In this document: one piece after another, positions 42,416 to 51,463 of the stretch
Layout of the letters: every line of letters begins with the position of its first letter
Numbering within the stretch: the stretch's first letter is position 1
Virus record (IMG/VR): IMGVR_UViG_3300008107_000141
Direction: 5' to 3' (one strand)
DNA from: an uncultured virus (IMG/VR IMGVR_UViG_3300008107_000141)
Lineage: Duplodnaviria; Heunggongvirae; Uroviricota; Caudoviricetes
Length of the DNA: 64,000 bases
Notes under the pieces: generated by a model
The model's database searches: none
The model's input: only the letters and a program-made list of their open reading frames with translations
Told to the model about the DNA's origin: nothing
Translations under genes and position numbers: made by a program

Positions 42416-44183
42416 TGATTTCTTAGAAGCACTTAAAGATAATCATTTTGAAGAAACTCCAGTTGACGCAAAGACATTTGTTGAGTCACCAGACTACCTT
42501 GGTCAGCCAGGCCTATCTGATATTCAGTATGACATTGTCGAGGCAATGAGTCAAATATATCGTAAAGAAGATTTAGAAAATTTAATGGGGCATGAAGAAG
42601 GTGCAAGATATTATGAAAAATATACCAAGAATGAAATTATCCTCCAACTTGGAAAGGGTAGTGGTAAAGATTTTACTTCTACTGTTGCTTGTGCTTACAT
42701 CGTGTATAAGTTACTATGCCTTAAGGATCCAGCCAGATATTTCGGCAAACCCACTGGGGATGCTATAGACCTAATCAATGTTGCTATTAACGCTCAACAG
42801 GCCAAGAATGTTTTCTTTAAAGGTTTTAAAACAAAGATTGAAAAGTCTCCTTGGTTTGCAGGCAAGTATAACCCCAAAGCAGATTCAATTGAATTTGATA
42901 AATCAATTACTGTTTATTCTGGACACTCAGAGCGTGAATCACATGAGGGACTAAACCTTTTGCTTGCAGTTCTGGATGAGATTTCTGGTTTTGCATCAGA
43001 GGTTGGCACAGGAAATGAACAAGGAAAGACTGCAGAAAACATATACAAAGCATTCCGTGGATCTGTAGACTCTCGTTTTCCAGACCTAGGTAAAGTTGTT
43101 TTGCTTTCGTTCCCAAGATATCCAGGAGACTTTATTTCAGAAAGATATGAGTCTGTTATTGCAGATAAAGAAGTAATAGAAAAGAAGCATGAGTTTATAA
43201 TTAATCCACTATTGCCAGAAGACGATAAAGATAATAGGTTTGAAATATCGTGGGATGAAGACCAAATACTTTCATATAAGTATCCTGGAGTCTTTGCACT
43301 TAAAAGACCTACATGGGAAGTAAACCCTACAAGAAAAATTGACGATTTCAAGATTGCATTTATGACAGACCTTGGAGATGCAATGATGCGCTTTGCCTGT
43401 GTACCAACATTTGCTTCTGACGCATTTTTTAAGCAGGCAGAAAAGTTAAGATCCTGCATGACAACTAGAAACCCAATAGATGATTTTAAAAGGTTTGATG
43501 AATCATTTAAACCAGACCCAAATAAAAAATATTATGTACACGCAGACCTTGCACAAAAGCATGACAAGTGTGCAGTTGCAATTGCCCATGTAGAAAAATG
43601 GGTAAACATACAGGTAATCAATAATTATGAACAGGTCGCCCCAATAGTTGTAGTAGATGCCGTTGCTTGGTGGGAACCAAAGGTAGAGGGTCCAGTAAAT
43701 CTATCTGAGGTTAAGCAGTGGATACAAAACCTAAGAAGAATAGGGTTTGATATTGGCATGGTTTCTTTTGACCGTTGGCAGTCATTTGATATTCAGAATG
43801 AGTTAAATCAGGTAGGAATGAAAACTGATACTGTTTCTGTTGCTAAAAAACATTATGAGGATATGGCTATGTTGGTATATGAAGAAAGACTTGTTATGCC
43901 AGCAATAGAGTTATTGTTTGAAGAATTAACCCAGTTAAAAATTATGAAAAATGATAAAGTTGATCACCCCAGGAAAAAATCTAAAGACTTGGCCGATGCT
44001 GTGTGTGGTGCTATTTTTGGTGCTATATCTCACACTCCTAAGAATATAGACTCTGAAGTAGAGGTTCATACTTTTAGGGATAGGCCACGCCAGGTTGACG
44101 AACTACCTGCAAACGTGATACAATATAAACCTAGTCAAATAGAAGAGATTAAAGACTATTTGGATAGACTAAAAACAATATAA
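42399..44183 (+). CDS. terL: Terminase large subunit
   Basis: GKGSGKD Walker A, VLDE Walker B, HADLA..HD and DHP...SKDLADA nuclease motifs. Confidence 0.9.
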   Translation: MSTMFDDFLEALKDNHFEETPVDAKTFVESPDYLGQPGLSDIQYDIVEAMSQIYRKEDLENLMGHEEGARYYEKYTKNEIILQLGKGSGKDFTSTVACAYIVYKLLCLKDPARYFGKPTGDAIDLINVAINAQQAKNVFFKGFKTKIEKSPWFAGKYNPKADSIEFDKSITVYSGHSERESHEGLNLLLAVLDEISGFASEVGTGNEQGKTAENIYKAFRGSVDSRFPDLGKVVLLSFPRYPGDFISERYESVIADKEVIEKKHEFIINPLLPEDDKDNRFEISWDEDQILSYKYPGVFALKRPTWEVNPTRKIDDFKIAFMTDLGDAMMRFACVPTFASDAFFKQAEKLRSCMTTRNPIDDFKRFDESFKPDPNKKYYVHADLAQKHDKCAVAIAHVEKWVNIQVINNYEQVAPIVVVDAVAWWEPKVEGPVNLSEVKQWIQNLRRIGFDIGMVSFDRWQSFDIQNELNQVGMKTDTVSVAKKHYEDMAMLVYEERLVMPAIELLFEELTQLKIMKNDKVDHPRKKSKDLADAVCGAIFGAISHTPKNIDSEVEVHTFRDRPRQVDELPANVIQYKPSQIEEIKDYLDRLKTI

Positions 44184-44209
44184 ACCAAATGAATAATAAA
44201 AGGAGAAAA

Positions 44210-45337
44210 ATGAATTCATTTAAGAAGATCGCTCTTGCCGTGGTTGCAGCCATGACTATGAGCACACTAGTAATGACACCTGCAAGTGCCAATACCGTTT
44301 CTGTGGACGTAACAACAGAAATTTCTGGCGCAGGTACTGCAGCCTCACCATTTACAGTTAAGGTTCCATCTGATAACGTCGTAAGCGTTGCAGATACTTC
44401 AACTGTTACAAACAACGAAGCACTTCTTATCACCGCTACAGTTGTTGCTGGAACACCAGTAACATTTACTGCAGTTGGTGCTGGAACACGCCTCGTCTCT
44501 GCAATTGGTTCAACAGTTAATGCATCTGCTGGATCATCATCAATCACAGTCACACCTGCTTCAACAACAGCGACTGTATATGCATATACAACAACTACTG
44601 CTGCATCTGCGGTTACAGTTTCTGTAACTGGTGCAAGCACAACAATTTATCTTAAGGGTGTTGCAGGTCCTGCATATGAACTTAAGATGTCAATCCCTGC
44701 TTCAGGAAATATTTCTGGCAAGGTAACTGCAACTCTTGATGTAGCAGATATTTTCGGCAATGCTGTTGCTGATACAGTAACTGTTACTACTCTTGGTGGC
44801 GCAACTGCTGGAACAGTAACTGCTGATGCTCTTGTAACAGGTCGTTACACATCAGAGATCTCACTTCCTGCTGCTGCTGGAACCGTTGCTGTCGGTGCAT
44901 CTATTGCTGCTCCAACATCTGTTCCAACAATTAAGTTGGCAACAACTTCACAGACTGCAATCGTAACAGTGTCTGATCTTGCTACTGCTCTTGCTGCTGC
45001 TAACGCTGCACTTGCTGCAGAAAAGGCTGGTCGTGTTGCTGATGCAACTGCTGCTGCTACTGCTCTTGCTGCTGCTGTAAAAGCAGAACAAGACAAGGCT
45101 GCTGCTGCTGCAATTACTGCTGCTGCAGAATTGGCTAAGGCTAAGGCTGATGCTGTAACCGCTAAGGTTGCTGCAGACAAGGCACTTGCTGATGCAACTG
45201 CTGCACATGCTGCAGAACTTGCAAAGGTTAAGGCAGACAATGCTGCTGCAATCGCTGCAATGAAGAAGGCATTCAATGATCTTGCCAAGAAGTGGAACGC
45301 AAAGAATCCAAAGGCAAAGGTTACACTTGTTAAGTAA
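44210..45337 (+). CDS. Secreted/surface protein: signal peptide, Thr/Val/Ala-rich Ig-like region, Ala-rich coiled coil
   Basis: SD AGGAG; MNSFKKIALAVVAAM...PASA signal peptide; highly biased codons. Confidence 0.75.
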   Translation: MNSFKKIALAVVAAMTMSTLVMTPASANTVSVDVTTEISGAGTAASPFTVKVPSDNVVSVADTSTVTNNEALLITATVVAGTPVTFTAVGAGTRLVSAIGSTVNASAGSSSITVTPASTTATVYAYTTTTAASAVTVSVTGASTTIYLKGVAGPAYELKMSIPASGNISGKVTATLDVADIFGNAVADTVTVTTLGGATAGTVTADALVTGRYTSEISLPAAAGTVAVGASIAAPTSVPTIKLATTSQTAIVTVSDLATALAAANAALAAEKAGRVADATAAATALAAAVKAEQDKAAAAAITAAAELAKAKADAVTAKVAADKALADATAAHAAELAKVKADNAAAIAAMKKAFNDLAKKWNAKNPKAKVTLVK

Positions 45338-45365
45338 TTAACATGTCTAATCGGAGGTTAAGGAG

Positions 45366-47003
45366 ATTAAAAAACTAGTAAGAGTATTGTCAGCAGCACT
45401 TTTGGCTTTTGGATTCAACCTATGGATTCCTGAAAATGCCTATGCAAACTGTGTAAACTTTATACAATCACAAACCATAGCAGCAGCATACGAAGGCGAT
45501 GCTGAACCTACAGTGCATCATATGGACACTTGCTCAGGTGACGACATATCTTATCAAATACCAATAGCAACTACCGTGACTTTTGACGGGGTACAGTATG
45601 AAAACATTTATGCAACAACTAACTCAGTAATTACATTTGGACAACCTGACGGTACATTTCATACCTATCCATCTACACCATCTATCTCTTTATATTCAAT
45701 GGACTGGTTTCCAGGAGTGAGCGGAACATCTGGTTTGGACATATATTATTCTGAAGGTGGGTTTCAAATGAACCTCAATATGGTCCCATTCGGTAACTAT
45801 GGGGCACAGCCAAGTACAGTAAATATATTGGTGGCTATCACTAATACTGGCGGTTTGGCGGTGTCTTACAGTTATCAAGGCCCTGAATATCAAAATCTTA
45901 GAACAGGTGTTCGTTTGCATGATGGGTCAGTAGTTTCTTTGGAGGCTTGGGGTGCAACACAGGTTTCGGCCTCTGATCCAGCCCCTACACTGCAAGCAGA
46001 GCCTATTCCAGAGCCATCTCCTACGCCTACCCAGCAGCCCTCTCCAGAACCCTCTCAAACGCCCACAGAAGCCCCTATAACGCCCGAAGAGCAGCAAGAG
46101 CAGGTGGCAGAGGCAGCACAGTTGGCTGGAGAAATATCAGACTTAAATAATCTTATTGCTTCTATTAATGGTGACACATTAAGTGAGCCAGATCCAGAAC
46201 TACCTTTGGATATTGAGCCAACTCCAGACCCAAGTCCTGAGTCTACAAATGAACTAGATTTGCCTGACCCTGATGTTGAGGTTGATCCAGAGATAATTAC
46301 TCCAGAGGATCCAAGGTTTCCTGACGATGAGGAGAATGATCCAGACAATGTAGAGCCTTCTCCAACTCCAGAATCCTCGCCTTCAGAGGACGAAGCATCA
46401 ACCGAACCAGAACCCAGTCCAGAGCCAATCCCAGACACAGACCAAACAGAAACCACAGAACCTGATCAAACACCTGAAGACACCCCTTCCGAAAATACTG
46501 AAACAGGTAATGATACCACAAACGATAGCAGTCCTATCTCTGATGAAGAACTTAATAAGTTAAATAAACTAATCGGACAAAATGATGCTAAATTGGCTGC
46601 AGAACTATCAAATATGTTGACAGAACTATCTTTATCTGAAGAAAAAGCATTGGCCAACGAGTTAGGCATTAAATCAGAAGATGTAGAAGCACTTGTTGAA
46701 TTAATTAAAGATGATCCTAAAATAGCAGTAGCCTTTGTAGAGTTTTCAAGTAGAGCAGAAGAAAACGCAGATGCCCCAATGCCATATACATTAGCAGATG
46801 CCGTTACTGAAGTACAAACAGAAGCATTCTTATCAGATCCACTTGGAGCAGTGTTCAATGTGGATGTTACAGAACTCCTATCTAATTTCTCTGAGTTAGG
46901 TATGGATATGACAGATGATCAGAGAGAAAAAGCACAGGAAGTAATTATCCCAGTAGTACTTGTTTCTAACATAGTATCTGCGGTAATTGGAATGAGGAGG
47001 TAA
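45366..47003 (+). CDS. Membrane-anchored surface protein with Pro/Glu-rich stalk (probable ATT start)
   Basis: Signal peptide (I)KKLVRVLSAALLAFG...AYA, NIDO-like TFDGVQYENIYATTNSVITFG, PE/PT stalk and hydrophobic C-terminus. Confidence 0.7.
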   Translation: MKKLVRVLSAALLAFGFNLWIPENAYANCVNFIQSQTIAAAYEGDAEPTVHHMDTCSGDDISYQIPIATTVTFDGVQYENIYATTNSVITFGQPDGTFHTYPSTPSISLYSMDWFPGVSGTSGLDIYYSEGGFQMNLNMVPFGNYGAQPSTVNILVAITNTGGLAVSYSYQGPEYQNLRTGVRLHDGSVVSLEAWGATQVSASDPAPTLQAEPIPEPSPTPTQQPSPEPSQTPTEAPITPEEQQEQVAEAAQLAGEISDLNNLIASINGDTLSEPDPELPLDIEPTPDPSPESTNELDLPDPDVEVDPEIITPEDPRFPDDEENDPDNVEPSPTPESSPSEDEASTEPEPSPEPIPDTDQTETTEPDQTPEDTPSENTETGNDTTNDSSPISDEELNKLNKLIGQNDAKLAAELSNMLTELSLSEEKALANELGIKSEDVEALVELIKDDPKIAVAFVEFSSRAEENADAPMPYTLADAVTEVQTEAFLSDPLGAVFNVDVTELLSNFSELGMDMTDDQREKAQEVIIPVVLVSNIVSAVIGMRR

Positions 47004-47004
47004 C

Positions 47005-47211
47005 ATGAAAATAATTAAGAAGGTTGTAAAGGGATTTTTTACATGGCTTAAGGATGCTGGTGTAGAAATAATTGCTCAGGCATTTACTCTCCTTGGATTC
47101 TTTATCGCTTGGTTAACCCTAACAGGATCAGCAAGAGATATTGTTGGTCTTGCAGTATTAATTACAACAGTGGTCTGGTTAATATCAATACCGCTTAGAA
47201 AGGAGGACTAA
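47005..47211 (+). CDS. Small two-TM membrane protein
   Basis: Two hydrophobic helices. Confidence 0.65.
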   Translation: MKIIKKVVKGFFTWLKDAGVEIIAQAFTLLGFFIAWLTLTGSARDIVGLAVLITTVVWLISIPLRKED

Positions 47212-47212
47212 C

Positions 47213-47497
47213 ATGGCAACTAAAAAAATAGTAGAGGCTCCTAAGAAAGAGCATCCACAGAAAGCATTGACAAATGTGTTGATGAGAATTGTAGCAGTAT
47301 TTGCAGCGTCTGGTCTATCGGTACTTGGTGCTGGGGCAGTAGTTGGAATTGACACAATTCAGGCAGTAATGCTTGCTGGTTTGCTTGGTGTTGCTTCTGT
47401 TGTTGAAAGGCTTGCAAGGGCTTTTTTGGACGATGGAAAACTCACAATATCAGAAATAAATGAAGCGTTCAAAACGGTAGATAAAAAGGCTAATTAG
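47213..47497 (+). CDS. Holin-like membrane protein
   Basis: Two TM helices; C-terminal DDGKLTISEI; SD AGGAGG. Confidence 0.5.
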   Translation: MATKKIVEAPKKEHPQKALTNVLMRIVAVFAASGLSVLGAGAVVGIDTIQAVMLAGLLGVASVVERLARAFLDDGKLTISEINEAFKTVDKKAN

Positions 47498-47513
47498 TCA
47501 TTTTTGAGCCTAC

Positions 47514-47569
47514 TTGACGGCCCCTTCAGGGAATGGTATACTTAACTATACCTATCTGAAGGGGCTTTT
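47514..47569 (+). promoter_or_regulatory. Sigma-A promoter embedded in terminator-like hairpin
   Basis: TTGACG-N17-TATACT; arms GCCCCTTCAG (47520-29) and CTGAAGGGGC (47556-65), then TTTT. Confidence 0.65.
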
Positions 47570-47572
47570 GGC

Positions 47573-48097
47573 ATGACCTGTATTGCTGTATTAAAACACG
47601 AAGGCAAAGTTTACATGGCGGGAGATCGTGGTGCGTCTGATGACGGAACGATCCTTGCTCTTGAAGCACCCAAGGTTTGGAAAATAGGTCCATACCTTAT
47701 TGGATATGCTGGGGCATTAGACGGAGAAAGAATTCGTTACAATTTTAAACCAACTGCTCCTAATATTAAAGACACAGATAAGTTTATGCAGACTAAATTT
47801 ATTAAAGAACTAAGAGAATTCTACAATGAGTTTTGGGTTGATACAACAAAGGATGGAGATCTCGGTTTGATTATTGCAATTCGTGGAGAGATATATGAAC
47901 ACAGTGCTGTAGATATGTCTTTATCTAAATATTCTACCCCATACATAGCAATGGGTTCTGGGGCAGAATATGCATACGGTGTTTTATATGCAACAGATAA
48001 ACAAAAAAATGCAAGAAACAGAGTCCTTCAGGCTGTAAATGCAGCAATTAAGTTTAGCCCATCTTGCATGGGTCCAGTAGACATTGTTACTGCTTAA
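47573..48097 (+). CDS. Ntn-hydrolase (proteasome beta/HslV-like) protease
   Basis: N-terminal M-T-C-I-A, AGD, K, IGYAG, AMGSG and A..A motifs. Confidence 0.75.
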   Translation: MTCIAVLKHEGKVYMAGDRGASDDGTILALEAPKVWKIGPYLIGYAGALDGERIRYNFKPTAPNIKDTDKFMQTKFIKELREFYNEFWVDTTKDGDLGLIIAIRGEIYEHSAVDMSLSKYSTPYIAMGSGAEYAYGVLYATDKQKNARNRVLQAVNAAIKFSPSCMGPVDIVTA

Positions 48098-48114
48098 AGT
48101 TTTAGGAGAAAAAA

Positions 48115-48615
48115 ATTAAAGTTTTAGATAACTTTTTAAATAAAAATGATTTTAAAACTATTCACGATACTGTTCTGGGGGGTAGTTTCCCTTGGTTTTA
48201 TAGTCCAATTGTAGTGTCTTCAGATGAAGAGTATGGAATAGATAAGTTTCAATTTTTTAATACACTATGTCTAAAAAATGAAATTAAATCAGATTTTTAT
48301 AATGTATTAGATCCGTTAATAAAAAAAATAAATCCTTCATACATATATAGAGTAAAGGTAAATCTTGGCACAAGGACAAGCGTCCCAGTAGTTGGTGGCA
48401 TGCATTCAGATACTGAGTTTAATAATACAACAGCAATATTTTATTTAAATAATAATAATGGATATACCATTTTTGAAGACGGATCAAAAGTAGACAGTGT
48501 AGAAAATAGGCTTGTTGTGTTTAATTCAAATGTAATGCATTCTGGAGTATCACAAACAGACTCTAAGGTTAGATGTGTTATTAATTTAAATTATATTAGC
48601 GAATTGACAAATTAG
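48115..48615 (+). CDS. 2OG-Fe(II) oxygenase-like protein (probable ATT start)
   Basis: (I)KVLDNFL...FPWFY, HSD, TAIFYLN, ENRLVVF..H, R..IN. Confidence 0.7.
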   Translation: MKVLDNFLNKNDFKTIHDTVLGGSFPWFYSPIVVSSDEEYGIDKFQFFNTLCLKNEIKSDFYNVLDPLIKKINPSYIYRVKVNLGTRTSVPVVGGMHSDTEFNNTTAIFYLNNNNGYTIFEDGSKVDSVENRLVVFNSNVMHSGVSQTDSKVRCVINLNYISELTN

Positions 48616-48638
48616 GGATTGTTGGGTATACTTATAAT

Positions 48639-48821
48639 ATGATAGAAGATGAAGATCTAGACGAGTTCGGTATCTGGCTTTCAAATGGTATTGAGCGAGG
48701 ATGGATAACAGAGCCATTCTGTAACACTCATGATGGAGATCCCTACATGAGTGAAGAAGAGCAAGAAGAGTGGGAAGCAGGAGGCGACCCATGTCAATTA
48801 GTTGTAAGAATAAAAGAATAA
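48639..48821 (+). CDS. Hypothetical protein
   Basis: TTGACA-N17-TATACT (48604-48632) lies 6 nt before the ATG; motifs C.THDG, GGDPC. Confidence 0.65.
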   Translation: MIEDEDLDEFGIWLSNGIERGWITEPFCNTHDGDPYMSEEEQEEWEAGGDPCQLVVRIKE

Positions 48822-48846
48822 ACAAATAAAAATAATAAGGAGAAAA

Positions 48847-49719
48847 ATGAAAAAGGCACTACTAGCAATACTATCAGCACTATTTGTAATTAGCACAGTT
48901 CAGCCAGTACGGGCAAACGATGAGAGGGTTTTAGCAATTATTGATACTGCTATTAATTCTAACAACTTCCCTCAAATTATTCATGAGGTTTGCTTTACAA
49001 CTGTAAAGTCAAAGATTGTTTCTCAAAACATGTCTTGCCCTAACGGAGAATTGTTTATGGAGGGCAAGGGTGCAGCGTCTGCCCCATGGCCAACATCAGT
49101 CAACAATGCTACATATCACGGCGATGCAATGGTAAAGTCTGCTCTGACTGTTAATCCAAATCTAAAGATTGTTTTTATTAGATTTAATGATGTTACATCC
49201 CTTGGAAATTCAAGGGGAGATGCAAGAGCCTTGGCATTAGCATTTGACTGGGTATCAAAGAATGCTGCTAAGTACAGTATCGATGCTCTTTCAGTCAGTC
49301 AATCTTCGGTAAGTACAGGAAACCTTGCACTGTGCACAAGAGACACAGTTACCATCAATGCCGTGTCATCTCTAAATGCAAACAATATTCCAGTTTTTGT
49401 TGCGGTAGGAAATGACAGACGACGAGATGTTGTTGGTTTTCCATCATGCGTTAGTGGAGTGACAGGTGTTGGTGCACTTGGTAGCGCAACTCAACTAGAG
49501 GCAGCAACAAATACAGGCCCTGGTCTTGATATGGTTGCTCCTGGTTCGGTTCAAATTACTAAATATAATGGATCTCCAACATCAACTGCTGGAAGTTCAG
49601 TAGCAACTGCAGTGTCTGCTGCTTCATATGTAAGCCGTAATACATTTAAAACTTTTACAGAGTATTTTTCATCTTTGTCAAAGATTTTAATTGGCAATAC
49701 ATCATATATTCGTAATTAA
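48847..49719 (+). CDS. Secreted subtilisin-like (S8) protease
   Basis: Signal peptide; AIIDT (Asp), HGDAM (His), AVGND (oxyanion Asn), AGSSVAT (Ser). Confidence 0.8.
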   Translation: MKKALLAILSALFVISTVQPVRANDERVLAIIDTAINSNNFPQIIHEVCFTTVKSKIVSQNMSCPNGELFMEGKGAASAPWPTSVNNATYHGDAMVKSALTVNPNLKIVFIRFNDVTSLGNSRGDARALALAFDWVSKNAAKYSIDALSVSQSSVSTGNLALCTRDTVTINAVSSLNANNIPVFVAVGNDRRRDVVGFPSCVSGVTGVGALGSATQLEAATNTGPGLDMVAPGSVQITKYNGSPTSTAGSSVATAVSAASYVSRNTFKTFTEYFSSLSKILIGNTSYIRN

Positions 49720-49725
49720 TTAATT

Positions 49726-49752
49726 GTCCTGGGCATGACTAAAAACTGCCCA
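49726..49752 (+). ncRNA. Candidate H-type pseudoknot, copy 1
   Basis: GTC-C-TGGGCA-T-GAC-TAAAAAC-TGCCCA; matches the copy at 56670 with compensatory changes. Confidence 0.5.
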
Positions 49753-49755
49753 CAT

Positions 49756-49828
49756 TGCCCTATAACTCAGATGGTAGAGTGCCGAACTGTTAATTCGGAT
49801 GTCCCTGGATCGAGACCAGGTGGGGCAG
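49756..49828 (+). tRNA. tRNA-Asn(GTT)
   Basis: Acceptor TGCCCTA/TGGGGCA, anticodon arm CCGAA-CTGTTAA-TTCGG, T arm CCTGG-ATCGAGA-CCAGG; no encoded CCA. Confidence 0.9.
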
Positions 49829-49869
49829 CGTGATATAATTATATTGTCATATCAACAAGGAGGAATATT

Positions 49870-50511
49870 ATGGCAGTTAAAGGTAGTTTAGAAGCAATCA
49901 TTGAGGTTGCAAAAAAGGAACTCGGAACTATTGAGGGTCCAAAAGATAATGAGACAAAGTATGGCAAGTGGACAGGTGCAAACTTTTTGCCATGGTGTCA
50001 ATCATTTGTTTCTTGGTGTGCATTTACTGCAGGACTAGATCCAAAGAAATATCCAAAGACTGCAGCAACTATTGCAGCGTCTGACTGGTTTAAGAAGAAT
50101 GATCGTTGGGCAGATGCTCGTAATGACGATCCAACTCCAGGTGATTGGATTTATTTTGATTTCCCAGAAGATGGCGTAAATCGTATTTCGCATGTTGGTC
50201 TTTGTATTAAGAATAATGGTGATGGAACTATTCAAGTCATCGAAGGTAATACCTCTGGAACTGCAAAAGGAGACCAGCGCAATGGTGGAATGTGTGTAGA
50301 GAAGACTCGTGCATATGTTAAGAACAACAAGAAGAAGTTGGTTAATGCTGTTGTTGGATGGGGAAGACCAGTATACGCTGGAGAAGAAAGCCTTCCGCTA
50401 TTGAGTAAGGTTGGTTCATCTGATACTGCAACATCTGCAGAGCCTGCTGCAAAGAAAAAGAAGAAGAAGGCTGCTGGTGGCGGTGGAGGAAAGGCACAGG
50501 TAGCGCTATAA
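49870..50511 (+). CDS. CHAP-domain endolysin/amidase
   Basis: N.TKYG.W, PWCQSFVSW, PGD..YF, HVG, IEGNT. Confidence 0.85.
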   Translation: MAVKGSLEAIIEVAKKELGTIEGPKDNETKYGKWTGANFLPWCQSFVSWCAFTAGLDPKKYPKTAATIAASDWFKKNDRWADARNDDPTPGDWIYFDFPEDGVNRISHVGLCIKNNGDGTIQVIEGNTSGTAKGDQRNGGMCVEKTRAYVKNNKKKLVNAVVGWGRPVYAGEESLPLLSKVGSSDTATSAEPAAKKKKKKAAGGGGGKAQVAL

Positions 50512-50729
50512 TGGAATCAAAAAAGAAGTCTTTGTTGAAGACTATTAGTTGGCCGTTTGTACATTTTACTTTTGTTTCTGGAATAATTTATTTTGTACTT
50601 AAATATTATACTGGAGAAGCAGAGTGGGAATATGTTGGTTTTTATGGACTATCATATCTAACACTAGAAATGACATTCTTTTATTTACATGAAAGAGCAT
50701 GGGCCAAGTTTGGCAGAAAGGTTAAATAA
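50511..50729 (+). CDS. DUF2061-like membrane protein
   Basis: SLLKTISW...FYLHERAW. Confidence 0.7.
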   Translation: MESKKKSLLKTISWPFVHFTFVSGIIYFVLKYYTGEAEWEYVGFYGLSYLTLEMTFFYLHERAWAKFGRKVK

Positions 50730-50842
50730 TGCGTATTAAAATTATTAAGTTTGTAGTTAAACTACTTGGTTATGAGTGGTCTGGTGATGAACTTAAACTT
50801 CCTGTTTGGCAAGTAAAGGCTAAATCAAAGAAAAAGAGTTAA
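50729..50842 (+). CDS. Small hypothetical protein (not in ORF track)
   Basis: 37 aa, TAATG-coupled at both ends. Confidence 0.5.
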   Translation: MRIKIIKFVVKLLGYEWSGDELKLPVWQVKAKSKKKS

Positions 50843-51462
50843 TGGTCGCAAACCTTACACCTATTAAACCTACACATATTTATGCAGGTGCTGTTGCTGT
50901 ATATGAGAATGTGTGGAAAGACTATGAACAAACAATCAAAGACTTATTGTCTATTGACGATGATCAGTCAATTCCTGTTAGTTTTCGTCCATCCCAAACA
51001 ACGGAAGATTACGAGAGTGGGGATCCTTTGCGCCAATCAGTAAGAACAAGTTATGGTCTTTCTATTGGAAAGGCTGCTGCTGTAAGTAAAATTGGAAAAG
51101 ACATATACGAAGCCTGCAATAATCTGGTTAGGTCTGCAATTTCTCAATATACCAAAACATTTAATATAAATGAAGAAATTAAAGACGCAGAAAGTTATGG
51201 ACTTTTAAGGTATAATCCTGGTCAAAAGTATAATCTTCATTACGATAATGGAACAGAAACATCAAGATCAGTTTCTGTCTTGATTTATTTAAATGATAAT
51301 TATGAGGGCGGAGAGTTAGAGTTTGCTAATTTTAATTTAAAGATAAAGCCAAAAGCAGGGACATTAGTGCTTTTTCCTTCAAATTATGCATATGCTCATC
51401 TTGCTCATCCAGTAGTGACTGGAACAAAATATGTAATAGCAACATGGTTAAAGGATAAATAA
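50842..51462 (+). CDS. Prolyl-4-hydroxylase-like 2OG-Fe(II) oxygenase
   Basis: HYD, YLNDNYEGGEL.F, FPSNY..H...PV..G.KY. Confidence 0.85.
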   Translation: MVANLTPIKPTHIYAGAVAVYENVWKDYEQTIKDLLSIDDDQSIPVSFRPSQTTEDYESGDPLRQSVRTSYGLSIGKAAAVSKIGKDIYEACNNLVRSAISQYTKTFNINEEIKDAESYGLLRYNPGQKYNLHYDNGTETSRSVSVLIYLNDNYEGGELEFANFNLKIKPKAGTLVLFPSNYAYAHLAHPVVTGTKYVIATWLKDK

Positions 51463-51463
51463 G

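Noticed and set aside
31625..44183. Inteins or introns in DnaB, DnaE or TerL
   Set aside because: Lengths are ordinary, and no intein splice motifs or interrupted frames were seen.
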